A DNA stretch of 64,000 nucleotides from an uncultured Collinsella sp. (GCA_958351385.1 CATWKM010000004.1:236-64235), one strand, 5' to 3'; shown: positions 27,392-38,198, numbered from the stretch's first letter. The notes: generated by a model from the sequence alone, not told the origin. Numbers and translations are program-made.

Positions 27392-28138
27392 CTAGGCCTC
27401 CTCTACGTTGTCGAGCCCCAGCTCGGCCAGGCTCACGCCGCGCGGACGCTCCTTGGAGCGGCGCTCGAGCCACTGCACCAGCATGGCGAGCGGAAAGCAG
27501 ATGATGAAGTACATAAGGCAGCAGACGATGTATCCCTGCAGGTAACCGTACAGACTCACAAAGTTGTCGGAACGATACATAAGGTCGCCGCCGGCCACGA
27601 GCGCCAGCACCGACGTGTTCTTGACCAGGTTGAGTGCCTGGTTACACAGCGGCGGCAGAATGATCTTGAACGTCTGGGGCAGCACGATGTACCAGTACGC
27701 CTGGGCACGGGTGAAGCCCTGGCTCTGGGCCGCCTCCATCTGACCGCGCGGAACCGCCTCGATACCGGTGCGGATGACCTCCGAGATGTAGGCCGCGTGA
27801 TACAGGCCCACACCCAAAAAGCCCAGCACAAACGGTGCGATGCGCACCGGCTGGTCGGCGCCGGTTATGGCCTGCAAAAACTGTGGGCCGGCCATGTACA
27901 TAAAGAGCACCTGCACGGGCAACGGGGTGTTCTGATAAAACTCCACGTACACGCGGCTAATACCACGCAGCACGCGCGAACGCGTGGTCGAGAACACGCC
28001 CAGCAGCGTGCCCAGCACCAGCGACAGCAACAGACCGGCAACAACCACCTGCAGCGTCACACCAAAGCCCTCCCAGAAGGGCCCCATGTTTTGGAATGTC
28101 GTCGACCAGCGGTCGGCGTCAAACAATCCTTCGAGCAT
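27392..28138 (-). CDS. Polar amino-acid ABC transporter permease
   Basis: YVEFYQNTP, SEVIRTG…GQMEAA, VKNTS. Confidence 0.92.
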   Translation of the reverse strand: MLEGLFDADRWSTTFQNMGPFWEGFGVTLQVVVAGLLLSLVLGTLLGVFSTTRSRVLRGISRVYVEFYQNTPLPVQVLFMYMAGPQFLQAITGADQPVRIAPFVLGFLGVGLYHAAYISEVIRTGIEAVPRGQMEAAQSQGFTRAQAYWYIVLPQTFKIILPPLCNQALNLVKNTSVLALVAGGDLMYRSDNFVSLYGYLQGYIVCCLMYFIICFPLAMLVQWLERRSKERPRGVSLAELGLDNVEEA

Positions 28139-28162
28139 TTGATTCCTTCCTACGCCGAGCGC

Positions 28163-29041
28163 CTATACAAGACCCCAGGTCTTGACCTCTTGGTCGAGCC
28201 AGCCATCGGCCAGGCGATCGCAAATCACCTGATCGACCACGGCCGAAAGGTCGCAGCCCTTCTTGGTCGCCACGCCGTAGCCCTGCTCGCCAAACTTGAT
28301 CTCGGGCTGCAGCAGCTCGACGGTCTCGTTCATGTAGCCGGCCAACGTGGAGCGGTCCATGGCAAAGACGTCGATATTGCCGGCGTCGAGCGAACTCTTG
28401 ATGATGGGGTAGCCGCTAAAGGCCCTAAACTCGGGCTTGCAGCTAAAGCCGTTGTCCTTGATCATCTGCTCGATCAGGCCCTGCGTGGTAGCACCCTGGC
28501 TCACGCCAATAACTTTGCCGTCCAGGTCCTCAATCGAGGTAAAGCCCGAACGCTTCTTGACCATGAGTCCCACGTAGTCGGTGCGGTACGGCGTCGAGAA
28601 ATCCCAGCTCTTCTTGCGCTCGTCGGTGATGGTGTAGGTCGCCGCGACCACGTCGAGCTGGCCGTTATCGATCAGCGGGCCGCGCGTCTTGGGCGTTACG
28701 TCGGTAAACTCGACAAGCTCCTGGGCGCGGGCCTCTTTGTAGCTCACGCCAAAGACGGCAGCGGCGATCTGGTAGCACAAATCGACTTCCATGCCCTCAA
28801 AGCGACCCTTGGCGGTGTCGTAATAGCCGTAGCCGGGAACGTCTTTCTTAACGCCGGCATTCAGATGGCCGCGCGACTTGATGGCCGCAAGCTTGGATCC
28901 CTTGTCGGAACCCTCGCCGCTGGTGGAGTTGCCGCAACCGGTGAGCGCGGTCCCCGTCAGCGCAAGCATGCCGGCGCCAGCCAGCTGCAAAAAGTGACGG
29001 CGCGATACAGCCGCCCTCGTCATATCCGTCATGTCCATCAC
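28163..29041 (-). CDS. Glu/Asp/Gln-type ABC substrate-binding lipoprotein with Tat-like signal
   Basis: SRRHFL twin-arginine motif, LTGC lipobox, GVKKDVPGYG, TPKTRGPL, ATYTITDER; exact start uncertain. Confidence 0.88.
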   Translation of the reverse strand: MMDMTDMTRAAVSRRHFLQLAGAGMLALTGTALTGCGNSTSGEGSDKGSKLAAIKSRGHLNAGVKKDVPGYGYYDTAKGRFEGMEVDLCYQIAAAVFGVSYKEARAQELVEFTDVTPKTRGPLIDNGQLDVVAATYTITDERKKSWDFSTPYRTDYVGLMVKKRSGFTSIEDLDGKVIGVSQGATTQGLIEQMIKDNGFSCKPEFRAFSGYPIIKSSLDAGNIDVFAMDRSTLAGYMNETVELLQPEIKFGEQGYGVATKKGCDLSAVVDQVICDRLADGWLDQEVKTWGLV

Positions 29042-29046
29042 CGCGC

Positions 29047-29778
29047 CTAGTGCAGAATCTTGGACAGGAACTCGCGGCAGCGCGGGTTCTCGGGGTTATC
29101 GAAGAAGTGCTCGGGCGTGCCCTCCTCCAGAATGCGGCCGTCCTCCATAAAGATGACGCGGTCGGCCACCTGGCGCGCAAAGCCCATCTCATGCGTCACG
29201 CAGATCATGGTGATGTCCTCCTGCGCAAGCTCAATCATAACGTCCAGAACCTCCTGGACCATCTCGGGGTCGAGCGCCGAGGTCGGCTCGTCAAACAGGA
29301 TGATGGGCTGCTTGGTACACAGGGCACGGGCGATGGCGATGCGCTGCTGCTGACCACCCGAGAGATTCTGCGGATACTCGCCGGCCTTATGCGCCATGCC
29401 GACGCGCTTGAGCGCGGCGATGGCGATCTCGGTCGCCTCCTCCTTGCTCTTCTTTTGCAGCTTGATGGGCGCGAGCGTCAGATTGCCGAGCACCGTCATG
29501 TTGGGATACAGGTTGAACTGCTGAAACACCATGGAGCTGTACTTGCGAGCCATCTCCAGGTGATTCTTTTTGGTGAGCGGCGTACCGTCGATGAAGACCT
29601 CGCCCGACGTGGGCTCCTCCAGATAATCGACGCAACGGATGAGCGTCGACTTACCCGAGCCGGAAGGCCCGATCATTACGAGCTTCTCGCCGCGCTTGAC
29701 GGTGAGATTGATATCTTTGAGCACATGCAGGTCGCCAAAGTACTTGTTGAGATGCTTGATCTCGATCATGTCTGCCAT
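29047..29778 (-). CDS. Polar amino-acid ABC transporter ATP-binding protein (GlnQ-like)
   Basis: [35 protein letters not shown]. Confidence 0.93.
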   Translation of the reverse strand: MADMIEIKHLNKYFGDLHVLKDINLTVKRGEKLVMIGPSGSGKSTLIRCVDYLEEPTSGEVFIDGTPLTKKNHLEMARKYSSMVFQQFNLYPNMTVLGNLTLAPIKLQKKSKEEATEIAIAALKRVGMAHKAGEYPQNLSGGQQQRIAIARALCTKQPIILFDEPTSALDPEMVQEVLDVMIELAQEDITMICVTHEMGFARQVADRVIFMEDGRILEEGTPEHFFDNPENPRCREFLSKILH

Positions 29779-29890
29779 GGATGTCCCTTCCCTGCGTTTA
29801 CACGAGTTGAACTATTGTACGGAAAGAACCACGTTTCCGCAGCCCACACTACATCCCCGTAAAGAACCCGCAATCTTCCACCCACTCATT

Positions 29891-29967
29891 GGGCACTCAT
29901 TGGGGACAGACTTAAATGAGTACCCAACGAGCGGGCACTCATTTAAGTCTGTCCCCAATGAGTGCCC
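29891..29967. repeat. REP-like doublet: 35-bp inverted repeat whose arms are themselves hairpins with a GGGGACAG core
   Basis: GGGCACTCATTGGGGACAGACTTAAATGAGTACCC (29891-29925) versus 29933-29967, one mismatch. Confidence 0.9.
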
Positions 29968-30041
29968 TTCAGCTGCCATCAAAAAAGGGGCGCGACCACG
30001 TGGTCGGCGCTCCTCGCTATCAGCTATGTGTCGATCGGCCC

Positions 30042-30485
30042 TTAGGCAAGCTTGGCACCGACGATCTTTGCTGCTGCCGGCTTATCGAAGTTGCCGCCAG
30101 TGGCCTTGCCGAGTGCTCCCATGACCTGGCCCATCTGCTTCTTGGACGTGGCGCCCAGCTCGGCGATGACCTGCTCGATCAGAGCCTCAAGTTCCTCGCC
30201 CGAAACCTGTGCGGGCAGCAGGCTCTCCAGAATCTTGACCTGCTCGGTCAGGTTGTCGGTACGGTCCTGGTCGGTGCCGGCCTTGATGGACATCTCCAGC
30301 GTCTCGCTCGTCTGCTTGATGAGACGCTTGATCATGCTGTTGACGTCTTCCTCGGTCACGTCGCGGCGCTCGTTGACCTCGATATTCTTCACCTCGGCCT
30401 TAACCTGGCGAATGATGGACAGGCGAACCTTGTCCTTAGCCTTCATGGCGGCGATCATTTCCTTCTGCAGCTCTTCGTTGGTCAT
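30042..30485 (-). CDS. GatB/YqeY domain protein
   Basis: MIAAMKAKDKVRL…LPAQ…MGQVMG; RBS GAGGAGG. Confidence 0.9.
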   Translation of the reverse strand: MTNEELQKEMIAAMKAKDKVRLSIIRQVKAEVKNIEVNERRDVTEEDVNSMIKRLIKQTSETLEMSIKAGTDQDRTDNLTEQVKILESLLPAQVSGEELEALIEQVIAELGATSKKQMGQVMGALGKATGGNFDKPAAAKIVGAKLA

Positions 30486-30539
30486 CTGCAAATCCTCCTC
30501 AATAGTGCGGGCGGCACTCACACGAGCGCCGCCCCATGA

Positions 30540-31760
30540 TTACTCAGTCGTCGACGAATTGTCGGTCGAACTCTTGGTGACGCCCTTCAGGCTGACGTTG
30601 TACGGCACGTCCTTGGGCATGGGGTTGACGGTGATGTCGGCATCCTTCTTGTACTGCTCCAGCCACTCGCTGTACGCAGTGCTCTCTGCCTGCGTCTTCA
30701 CCACGTTGGAGACATACTTCTTGATGTCCTTGGGCACCTGTTTAATGTCATCGACCTGGCTATCGACATGGAAGTAGTCGGTGCACTTGATGATGTGGTA
30801 ACCATACGTCGACTCGACGACGTCGCTCACGTCGCCCTTGTTAAGGCCTTCGAGCGCCGCCTGATAGCTGTCGACGAAGGTGGTGAGCTTGTCCCAACCC
30901 ACATCGCCCTTCTTATCCTTGGAGCCGGTATCGTCGGAGTACTGCTTCACGGCGTCTTCGAAGCTCAGCTCGCCGGAGTTAATCTTGTCCAGGCACTCCT
31001 GCGCCTTGGCCTTGGCGGCAGCCTTGTCCTCGTCGGATGCGTCGGAATCGACCTTGATCAGGATGTTCGACGAGCGGCGGGCATCGTTGTACTTCGACAG
31101 GTTCTCGTTGATGTAATCGACGATCTCGCTGTCCTTGGGCTTGCTGGTGGGCGCCACGGCTTCCTTGAGCTTTTGCTGCGCCAGGCTCTCCTTGAGCGAG
31201 CTCTTATAGGTGTCCTCGGTGTAGCCGTAAGTCTTAAGGGTCTTCTTAAAGGTCTTGGCGCCGCCCGCGCTCTTGCACGCGTCCTTCCAAGCCTTCTCGA
31301 CTTCCTCATCCGACACCGTCACGCCGTTTTCCTTCTGCGCCTGCTGAAGCAGAATCTGCTGCGTGTAGGAATCGATGAGCTGCTTGCGGTACTTCTTGGG
31401 CGTAAGGTCGTTGTTGACCAGGTACTGCGCCCAATCCTTGTCCTTGGTATAACCATAGGACGTGCGCATGCTCATGATCTGCTTGGTCACGGTGTCCTCG
31501 GTGAGGTTGGTGCCGTTGATGGTGGCGGCAACACCGCCGGTCAGCTTGTAGCCCGAGGTGTCCTCGGTCTGCGACATAAGACCGGAGCACGCCATGGCCG
31601 AGACGGAAAGCAACATTGCCAGCACGCCGATAACCACCAGAACAATCTTGACGGTCTTGGACACGCGGGTCTTGCGCTGCTTCTTGCGAGAGCTGGAGGC
31701 GGCGCGAGCCTGCTGCTCGGGCGTCGGCTCGGGTGCGGGGTTCTTTTTCTTATTTGCCAT
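30540..31760 (-). CDS. PrsA/SurA-like parvulin peptidyl-prolyl isomerase (membrane-anchored)
   Basis: N-terminal TM/lipoprotein-like segment, SNILIK, YSDDTGS…GDVG, VESTYGYHII. Confidence 0.88.
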   Translation of the reverse strand: MANKKKNPAPEPTPEQQARAASSSRKKQRKTRVSKTVKIVLVVIGVLAMLLSVSAMACSGLMSQTEDTSGYKLTGGVAATINGTNLTEDTVTKQIMSMRTSYGYTKDKDWAQYLVNNDLTPKKYRKQLIDSYTQQILLQQAQKENGVTVSDEEVEKAWKDACKSAGGAKTFKKTLKTYGYTEDTYKSSLKESLAQQKLKEAVAPTSKPKDSEIVDYINENLSKYNDARRSSNILIKVDSDASDEDKAAAKAKAQECLDKINSGELSFEDAVKQYSDDTGSKDKKGDVGWDKLTTFVDSYQAALEGLNKGDVSDVVESTYGYHIIKCTDYFHVDSQVDDIKQVPKDIKKYVSNVVKTQAESTAYSEWLEQYKKDADITVNPMPKDVPYNVSLKGVTKSSTDNSSTTE

Positions 31761-31895
31761 AGTTGGCCTTTCGCATAACGAATCGAACAAACGCCATTGT
31801 GTCACAACGCAGCCCCCGCGGCACGCTTGGTGCATTGGGGACAGGTTAATCTGCACCATTTTGGTGCAAAGGGGACAGCTCTGGCAGCCGGCACC

Positions 31896-32360
31896 TTAGA
31901 AGTGACGGCGGATGGCGTCGACCATGCCCTGGGACGTGGTCTGGCCGAGCACGTCGGCTGCGGCATCGGCGTCCATAAAGATGTTCATGAGCGCCTGCAG
32001 GGCCTCGACCTGGCCGCCCGGCTCGGCGATGCCCAGATTGATGACGATCTGCGCCGGCACCGGAGCGCCCATGCCAGCCATAGCGTTAAATGTCACGGGC
32101 GCGGCGGGCTTCACCACCGCGATATAGGGCTTGGCCACAAACCCCGGATCGGTATGCGGAATGGCAATGTTTGCCGCCGGCATGGCAAGACCCGTGGGAT
32201 AGGCATCCTCGCGCGTGCGAACGGCGTCGAACCAACCGTCGGCAATGTAGCCACGCGGTACAAGCTCGCCCTCAAGCCGCGCGAACACCTCATCCGGCGT
32301 CGCACACTCCCAATCAAAAAACACCAGCTCAGGCGCAAACAGCGCTTCGTTATCCGCCAT
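31896..32360 (-). CDS. PTS sugar EIIA (galactitol/fructose-type), orphan
   Basis: REDAYPTGL…IAIPHTD. Confidence 0.85.
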   Translation of the reverse strand: MADNEALFAPELVFFDWECATPDEVFARLEGELVPRGYIADGWFDAVRTREDAYPTGLAMPAANIAIPHTDPGFVAKPYIAVVKPAAPVTFNAMAGMGAPVPAQIVINLGIAEPGGQVEALQALMNIFMDADAAADVLGQTTSQGMVDAIRRHF

Positions 32361-32485
32361 GCGCTCGCCTCTCTCACCTAGTCATTCAAGAACGTCCCCG
32401 ATGACTACCCAAAACAAAAGGTGGCCACGCGCGCCTTGGCGCCAATGACCACCCTGACCACTCAACTAAATTGTACTGTGCGCCG

Positions 32486-33187
32486 CTAGCCGCGGGGCGC
32501 ATCAATTGCGACCTTGCCGCTCTCCAGCACGTGGACGCGGCCGTCGGCGAGCATTTGCACGACCTCGGGATACAGCACGTGCTCAATCGCGTGGATGTGC
32601 TCCTCGAGCGTGTCGACATCCCAGCCCTCCTCGACAGCCAGCGCACGCTGGGCGATGATGGGACCGTTGTCGTAGACCTCGTTGGCAAAATGCACGGTCA
32701 CGCCAGTTACCTTGACGCCGCGCACAAAGGCATCGTCAATCGCATGCGCACCGGTAAAGCTCGGCAGCAGCGCCGGATGCAAGTTGACCACGCGGTTGGG
32801 AAACGCCGCCAGCAGCGGTGTATGCACCATGCGCATGTAGCCGGCCATGACCACATACTCGCAGCCGCGCTCGAGCAGCTCGTGCGCGATGATCTCGTCG
32901 GCGGCGATGGGGTCGGCATAGACATCCTTGGACAGCGTAAGCGTCTGGATGCCCGCACGCTCTGCACGTTGCAGACCCTTGGCCGAAGGACGGCTCGACA
33001 CCACAAGCTCAATAGAAGCGTTGAGCTTGCCGGCGGCAATCAGATCGATCAGCGCTTGCAGGTTGGTACCCGAACCGCTGATGAGCACACCGATCTTGAG
33101 CGGCTCAGCCGTATCGGTGCCAGTCGGACGGGTATAGGGCACAAAGTCCAGGCCCTCGGCAGTAGCCATCTGCTCGTTAGCGCTCAT
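32486..33187 (-). CDS. purN: Phosphoribosylglycinamide formyltransferase
   Basis: LISGSGTNLQA, AGYMR, NLHPALLP, GVTVHF…DNGPII. Confidence 0.96.
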   Translation of the reverse strand: MSANEQMATAEGLDFVPYTRPTGTDTAEPLKIGVLISGSGTNLQALIDLIAAGKLNASIELVVSSRPSAKGLQRAERAGIQTLTLSKDVYADPIAADEIIAHELLERGCEYVVMAGYMRMVHTPLLAAFPNRVVNLHPALLPSFTGAHAIDDAFVRGVKVTGVTVHFANEVYDNGPIIAQRALAVEEGWDVDTLEEHIHAIEHVLYPEVVQMLADGRVHVLESGKVAIDAPRG

Positions 33188-34280
33188 CGGAGTACACGAC
33201 CTTACCGGAACCCTCGACGCACTCGCCCACGCGGAACGGCTTCTCGCCCAGCGCGACCAGTGCCTCGGTCACGGCGGCCTCGTCCTCGGGGGCGACGATC
33301 AGACACAGGCCGACGCCCATGTTGAAGGTCTTGCATGCCTCGTTGGGCGCAAGCTCGGCCTGGCGCGACACGTAGGTGATGACGGGCGGAACGTCCCAAC
33401 CCATCTCGGCACCGTTGCGGGTGACCACGGCGTCGACGTCATCGGCGAGCGCACGGTTGAGGTTCTCGGTAATACCGCCGCCAGTGATGTGGGCGATGGC
33501 GTGCACGTTGGCGCCGCCGCGCAGCAGCTCCAGGATCGGCTTGACGTAGATGCGCGTGGGGGCCAACAGAGCGTCTGCCAGCGATGCACCGCCGAGCTCC
33601 TCGAGCGGACGGCTCAGCTCCTCGGCCTTAGCGACGGCCTCGGGCGTGCCCGGCTTAACGCCGTCGACGCCAATGACCTTACGCACGAGCGAGTAGCCGT
33701 TGGAGTGCACGCCGGTGGAAGGCAGGCCCAGGATTACGTCGCCGGGGCGGACGTTTGCGGGGTCGAGCATCTTGGGACGGTCGACGACGCCCACGGTAAA
33801 GCCGGCGAGATCGTAGTCGGCGGGAGCCATGACGCCCGGGTGCTCGGCCATCTCGCCGCCCACGAGCGCACAGCCCGCGAGCTTGCAGCCGTCGGCCACG
33901 CCCTTGATGATCTTTGCCATGTGCTCGGCCTCAATGTGGCCGATGGCAACGTAGTCCAGGAAGAACAGCGGCTCGGCGCCCGAAGCCAGAATATCGTTGA
34001 CGCACATAGCGACCAGGTCCTGGCCAACCGTCTCGTGACGGTCCATGATCTGGGCGAGCACGAGCTTGGTGCCCACGCCGTCGGTACCGCTAATCAGGAT
34101 CGGGTCTTCCATATCCTTGAGCGCGGCGGCCGAGAACAGGCCGCCAAAGCCGCCGATGCCACCGATAACCTCGGAACGGTTAGTGTCCTTGACCATCTGC
34201 TTAATCGCGTCGACGGCGCGACCGCCCTCGGCGGTGTCGACGCCGGCGTCCTCGTACGTCACATGCTTGCTGTCGCTCAT
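33177..34280 (-). CDS. purM: Phosphoribosylformylglycinamidine cyclo-ligase
   Basis: YEDAGVD, TDGVGTK, GGEMAEHP, HSNGYSL, HITGGG, TFNMGVG. Confidence 0.97.
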   Translation of the reverse strand: MSDSKHVTYEDAGVDTAEGGRAVDAIKQMVKDTNRSEVIGGIGGFGGLFSAAALKDMEDPILISGTDGVGTKLVLAQIMDRHETVGQDLVAMCVNDILASGAEPLFFLDYVAIGHIEAEHMAKIIKGVADGCKLAGCALVGGEMAEHPGVMAPADYDLAGFTVGVVDRPKMLDPANVRPGDVILGLPSTGVHSNGYSLVRKVIGVDGVKPGTPEAVAKAEELSRPLEELGGASLADALLAPTRIYVKPILELLRGGANVHAIAHITGGGITENLNRALADDVDAVVTRNGAEMGWDVPPVITYVSRQAELAPNEACKTFNMGVGLCLIVAPEDEAAVTEALVALGEKPFRVGECVEGSGKVVYSDER

Positions 34281-34437
34281 CTGAGCCTTCCTCTCCCACT
34301 ACCGTGGCGCCGCACGGGCGCCAAACGGTGCTCATAGTTGCGTTCATTTCGGCGCGCGCCATAACAGCACGCGCCGTCATATCAACAAAACAGCAGGTAA
34401 AACCTACCAAAATAAACCTGTCCCCATATGGCAGGTT

Positions 34438-36108
34438 TTATGCCTCGCCGTGCTCCTCTTCCCAGCTGCGGTCGTCGTATTTCTCGATCACGGCGTCGTC
34501 GTCAAAGTGCAGCGGCTTGTCCAGGTTGCGGGGCTTAAAGCCCTCCATAAACTTGTCGCGGCCAAAGCTCTCGGGAATCGCCACGGGGTAGCGGCCGGTA
34601 AAGCACGCATCGCAGTAACCGCCCTTGGGCATGACCTTAAGCAGGCCCTCGACCGAAAGGAAGGCCAGCGAATCGGCGCCGATATACTCGCAAATCTCGT
34701 CGACCGTCTTGTTGGCGCTGATAAGCTGCGACTGCACGTCGGTATCGATACCGTAGAAGCACGGCCAGATGACCTCGGGCGAGTTGATGCGGATATGAAT
34801 CTCCTTGGCGCCGGCGTTGCGCAGCATCTTGACGAGCTGCACCATGGTGGTGCCGCGCACGATGGAGTCGTCGATGACGACCAGGCGCTTGCCCTCGATG
34901 TTGTCGCGCAGCGGGTTGAGCTTCATGCGCACGCCCATGGCGCGCAACTCCTGCGTAGGCTCGATAAACGTACGGCCCACGTAGCGGTTCTTGATAAGGC
35001 CCTCGCCAAAGGGAATACCGCTCTCGTGCGAATACCCCTCCGCAGGCGGCAGGCCGGAGTCGGGCACGCCGATGACCAGGTCGGCCTCGACAGGCTCCTC
35101 ATGTGCCAGCTGACGACCCATGTCGTAACGGCAGGCATAGACGCTCTTGCCGTTCATGATGGAGTCGGGGCGGGCAAAGTAGACCTGCTCAAAGATGCAG
35201 TTGGCGGGCTCTTCGGCTGCAGGCACGCCCTGCTCGGATACCAGGCCCTCGGCGCTGATGCGCAAGATCTCGCCGGGACGGACGTCACGGACGTACTCGG
35301 CACCCACGATGTCGAGTGCGCAGGTCTCGGAAGCAACGACCCAGCCGCCGGCGCGCGTGACACGGACGGCGGAGTCGACCGTCGCGGCGCCGTCCTGCGA
35401 CGGCAGCTGCGAAACGGCTGCGGCATCGGCCTGGTCCAGACCCTCGTCCACCAGCTTGCCCAGCACGAGCGGGCGAATGCCGTGTGGATCGCGGAATGCG
35501 TAGAGCGCCTGCTCGTTGATGAGCGTCATGGCGTAGCCGCCGCGCACGAGCTCCATGGTCTTGCGAATACCCTCGCGCAGGTGGCCCGTACGCTGGGTAA
35601 AGTAGCCGATAAGCTTGGTCGCGACCTCGGAATCCGAATTGGAGAGGAACGGCACGCCCAGCTCGATCAGCTGACGGCGCAGCTCGTCGGTGTTGACGAG
35701 GGTGCCGTTGTGCGCGAGCGCGATAATGACGCTATTGATGGTAGAGAGGTGCGGCTGAGAGGCTTCCCAGCTCTTGGCGCCGGCAGTGCCGTAGCGCACA
35801 TGACCCACGGCCAGCTGGCCGGAGAGCGTCGACAGGTCGGCGTTGGAGAACACGCGGTCGAGCAGGCCCAGATCTTTGCGGACCATAACCGTGCCGCCGT
35901 CACCCACGGCGATTCCAGCCGATTCCTGGCCACGGTGCTGCAGCGCACGCAGGCCAAAGTACGTCAGTCGAGCCACGTCGCGATCGGGCGCCCATACGCC
36001 GAAAATGCCACATTCCTCATGCAGCTGGTCGGAGTCCGGATCATACGTCGACATGGTGTTCACCTGTCCCGCGGCACGCTCGGCCGCGCGGATGGTTTCT
36101 TGAGACAT
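34438..36108 (-). CDS. purF: Amidophosphoribosyltransferase
   Basis: EECGIFG, LQHRGQES, GHVRY, HNG, FEQVYFARPDS, VIDDSIVRGTT. Confidence 0.97.
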   Translation of the reverse strand: MSQETIRAAERAAGQVNTMSTYDPDSDQLHEECGIFGVWAPDRDVARLTYFGLRALQHRGQESAGIAVGDGGTVMVRKDLGLLDRVFSNADLSTLSGQLAVGHVRYGTAGAKSWEASQPHLSTINSVIIALAHNGTLVNTDELRRQLIELGVPFLSNSDSEVATKLIGYFTQRTGHLREGIRKTMELVRGGYAMTLINEQALYAFRDPHGIRPLVLGKLVDEGLDQADAAAVSQLPSQDGAATVDSAVRVTRAGGWVVASETCALDIVGAEYVRDVRPGEILRISAEGLVSEQGVPAAEEPANCIFEQVYFARPDSIMNGKSVYACRYDMGRQLAHEEPVEADLVIGVPDSGLPPAEGYSHESGIPFGEGLIKNRYVGRTFIEPTQELRAMGVRMKLNPLRDNIEGKRLVVIDDSIVRGTTMVQLVKMLRNAGAKEIHIRINSPEVIWPCFYGIDTDVQSQLISANKTVDEICEYIGADSLAFLSVEGLLKVMPKGGYCDACFTGRYPVAIPESFGRDKFMEGFKPRNLDKPLHFDDDAVIEKYDDRSWEEEHGEA

Positions 36109-36394
36109 GGTATCCCCTCAGAGCCTCGTATTTTTGGCGTTACCCGCCTTATTATACGCACGGCGCGACGTGCTCCCCAGCGCATGAGCAGCGCTTTTTA
36201 AAAGCCCACCGAGCTAATAATCAGTTTTGTTGCCAAACATTTTATCGGTCTGTCCAGTGTAAGTGCCCGCGCCCCCAGATGGCCGCCGCGTCCGCCGTTG
36301 GGGATTACAAAGTTGCAATTGGGACGTTCGCCCTGTCTTTTGGCAGGTCGGCGGCGTATCCTTATAACCTACAACAAAGCGAGAAAGGTTCTGT

Positions 36395-37624
36395 ATGGAT
36401 CGAAACGAACTCGACCCCAGCGTCCCCAGCGCCACAGAGGTCAAGAAGATTCCCCTCATCATTAAGGTGTACGCCGTCCTGTGCATCCTTTCCGGCGTGG
36501 GCACGCTCCCGTCGGTCGCTGCCTTTATGTGGCAGGTCATCACGGCACTTGTTAACGGCAACGCCACCGAAAAGCTCGGCGACAACACGCTCGTCGCAGT
36601 CGGCCTTATCGTCGCCGGCATCATGCTCTCTGCGGCAAGTGCCGTCATCTTAATCATCTTTGGCCTGGACCTTATCAAAAACCAGCGCCGCAACGCCGCC
36701 CGCCTGTCCTACATCCTTATTGCATTCACCGTCGTCGAGCTTTTGGTCGACGTGATGCTCCAGGGCATCGGGCCCTTCCTGCTGCGTCCCGCGGTCCAGC
36801 TCGGCATCCTTGTTGCACTTTCGGCAACCGTCGACCCCACGCTGCGTCAGGAGCGCGAACTGCAGCGCCGCCTGCAGGAGATGCTCGACCGCGACGCCGC
36901 CGCCGAGGGCATGCTCGGCCGCGATGAAACCGGCGAGGGCTACATCAAGCTCAACTACTTCAACCTGTTCTGGGTGTTCTTTGTCTGCTGCATACTCGGC
37001 CTGATCGCCGAGGACATCTGGCACATGACGGTCGACGACCCGGGCGTCTATCAGAACCGCGCCGGCATGCTGTTTGGCCCCTTCAGCCCCATCTACGGAT
37101 TTGGCGCCGTGCTCATGACCATGGTGCTTAACCGCTTCTACAAAAAGAACCCCATCATCATTTTCCTGGTGAGCGCCCTGCTCGGCGCCAGCTTTGAGGT
37201 GTTCGTGGGCTGGTTTATGCAGACCGCGTTTGGCGTGGTCTCGTGGAGCTACTCGCACATAACGCTGTTCGGTTTGCCCGATCCGCTCGTGGTCCTCACG
37301 GGCGGACGCACCTGCACGGGCTTCGCCTGCCTGTGGGGCCTGGGCGGCCTCATCTGGATCAAGCTGCTGCTGCCGAGGCTGCTTAAGCTTATCAACAAGA
37401 TCCCCTGGAAGAGCCGCTACTCGGCCACCGTCATCTTTACCGTTATCATGCTGGTCGACGGCGTCATGACGCTGCAGTCGCTCGACTACTGGTACCAGCG
37501 CGTTAACGGCACGGAGCCGGACATTCCCGTCGCACAGTTCTACGGAGAGCACTTCGATAACGAGTACATGGAAAACCGCTTCCAGAGCATGACCATGAGC
37601 CCCAAGGATGCGACGCGCGTGTAG
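36395..37624 (+). CDS. Putative ABC-transporter permease family membrane protein (CmpB-like C-terminal domain)
   Basis: NRAGMLFGPFSPIYGFG, SWSYS, GRTC…WG motifs. Confidence 0.75.
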   Translation: MDRNELDPSVPSATEVKKIPLIIKVYAVLCILSGVGTLPSVAAFMWQVITALVNGNATEKLGDNTLVAVGLIVAGIMLSAASAVILIIFGLDLIKNQRRNAARLSYILIAFTVVELLVDVMLQGIGPFLLRPAVQLGILVALSATVDPTLRQERELQRRLQEMLDRDAAAEGMLGRDETGEGYIKLNYFNLFWVFFVCCILGLIAEDIWHMTVDDPGVYQNRAGMLFGPFSPIYGFGAVLMTMVLNRFYKKNPIIIFLVSALLGASFEVFVGWFMQTAFGVVSWSYSHITLFGLPDPLVVLTGGRTCTGFACLWGLGGLIWIKLLLPRLLKLINKIPWKSRYSATVIFTVIMLVDGVMTLQSLDYWYQRVNGTEPDIPVAQFYGEHFDNEYMENRFQSMTMSPKDATRV

Positions 37625-37645
37625 CGCCCACCGCGCCCAAAACGC

Positions 37646-37685
37646 AAAATGCCCGCCGGTATCACATGTACCGGTGGGCATTTTT
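37646..37685. terminator. Bidirectional terminator
   Basis: AAAATGCCCGCCGGTA…TACCGGTGGGCATTTTT between convergent genes. Confidence 0.75.
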
Positions 37686-37714
37686 ATAAACGATCCTTCT
37701 ATCGACGCAATCCT

Positions 37715-38134
37715 CTATGCCTCGCGCTCGACCTCACTCACGCATTCGTTCTTGATGGTGCCAACGAGCGCCTGCAGTGCATCGACCACGTGTGGGCGAA
37801 TGTCCCCGCCGATAAGCACGAGCATGATGTCGTCACCTACGGTAAGCTCGCCGCTTGCCAGCCACACGCGCACATAGCCGATACCCGGCATCGCGCGCGT
37901 GGCCTCGATAGCAGACCGTACCTTTTCGGCGTCGTAGTCAAAGACCATGCCGCCCACCCTGTGGCCTGGCGCCACGCCATCGGTCTCGACTCCGCGCACC
38001 TCGGCCTTGGGCGTCGCGCGCACCACACCGTTATGCGTCAGATACATCCCACAGCCTGCCGCCGAAGCATCGGCCTTGGCCTCGCGCAGCCAAGCATCAA
38101 TCGAAGGCATCAATTTGCCACTCTCGAGCATCAT
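37715..38134 (-). CDS. moaE: MoaE-like molybdopterin synthase large-subunit family protein
   Basis: GMYLTHNGVVR, GELTVGDDIM…GGDIRP. Confidence 0.75.
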   Translation of the reverse strand: MMLESGKLMPSIDAWLREAKADASAAGCGMYLTHNGVVRATPKAEVRGVETDGVAPGHRVGGMVFDYDAEKVRSAIEATRAMPGIGYVRVWLASGELTVGDDIMLVLIGGDIRPHVVDALQALVGTIKNECVSEVEREA

Positions 38135-38198
38135 TTCTCCCTTACCGTCGTCGAGTAGCCAATTTGGGACGGGGCCTTTTTAGCTACTCTCGAACAAC

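Noticed and set aside
26696..29050. 784-aa plus-strand ORF and other long antisense ORFs (e.g. 378-1778, 34450-36201, 39906-41561, 59750-61822)
   Set aside because: Shadow ORFs opposite well-supported genes, as expected in high-GC DNA; no recognisable motifs.
36109..36394. Purine or ZTP riboswitch upstream of purF
   Set aside because: A TATAAT lies only ~45 nt upstream of the start, leaving no room for one, and no consensus was seen.
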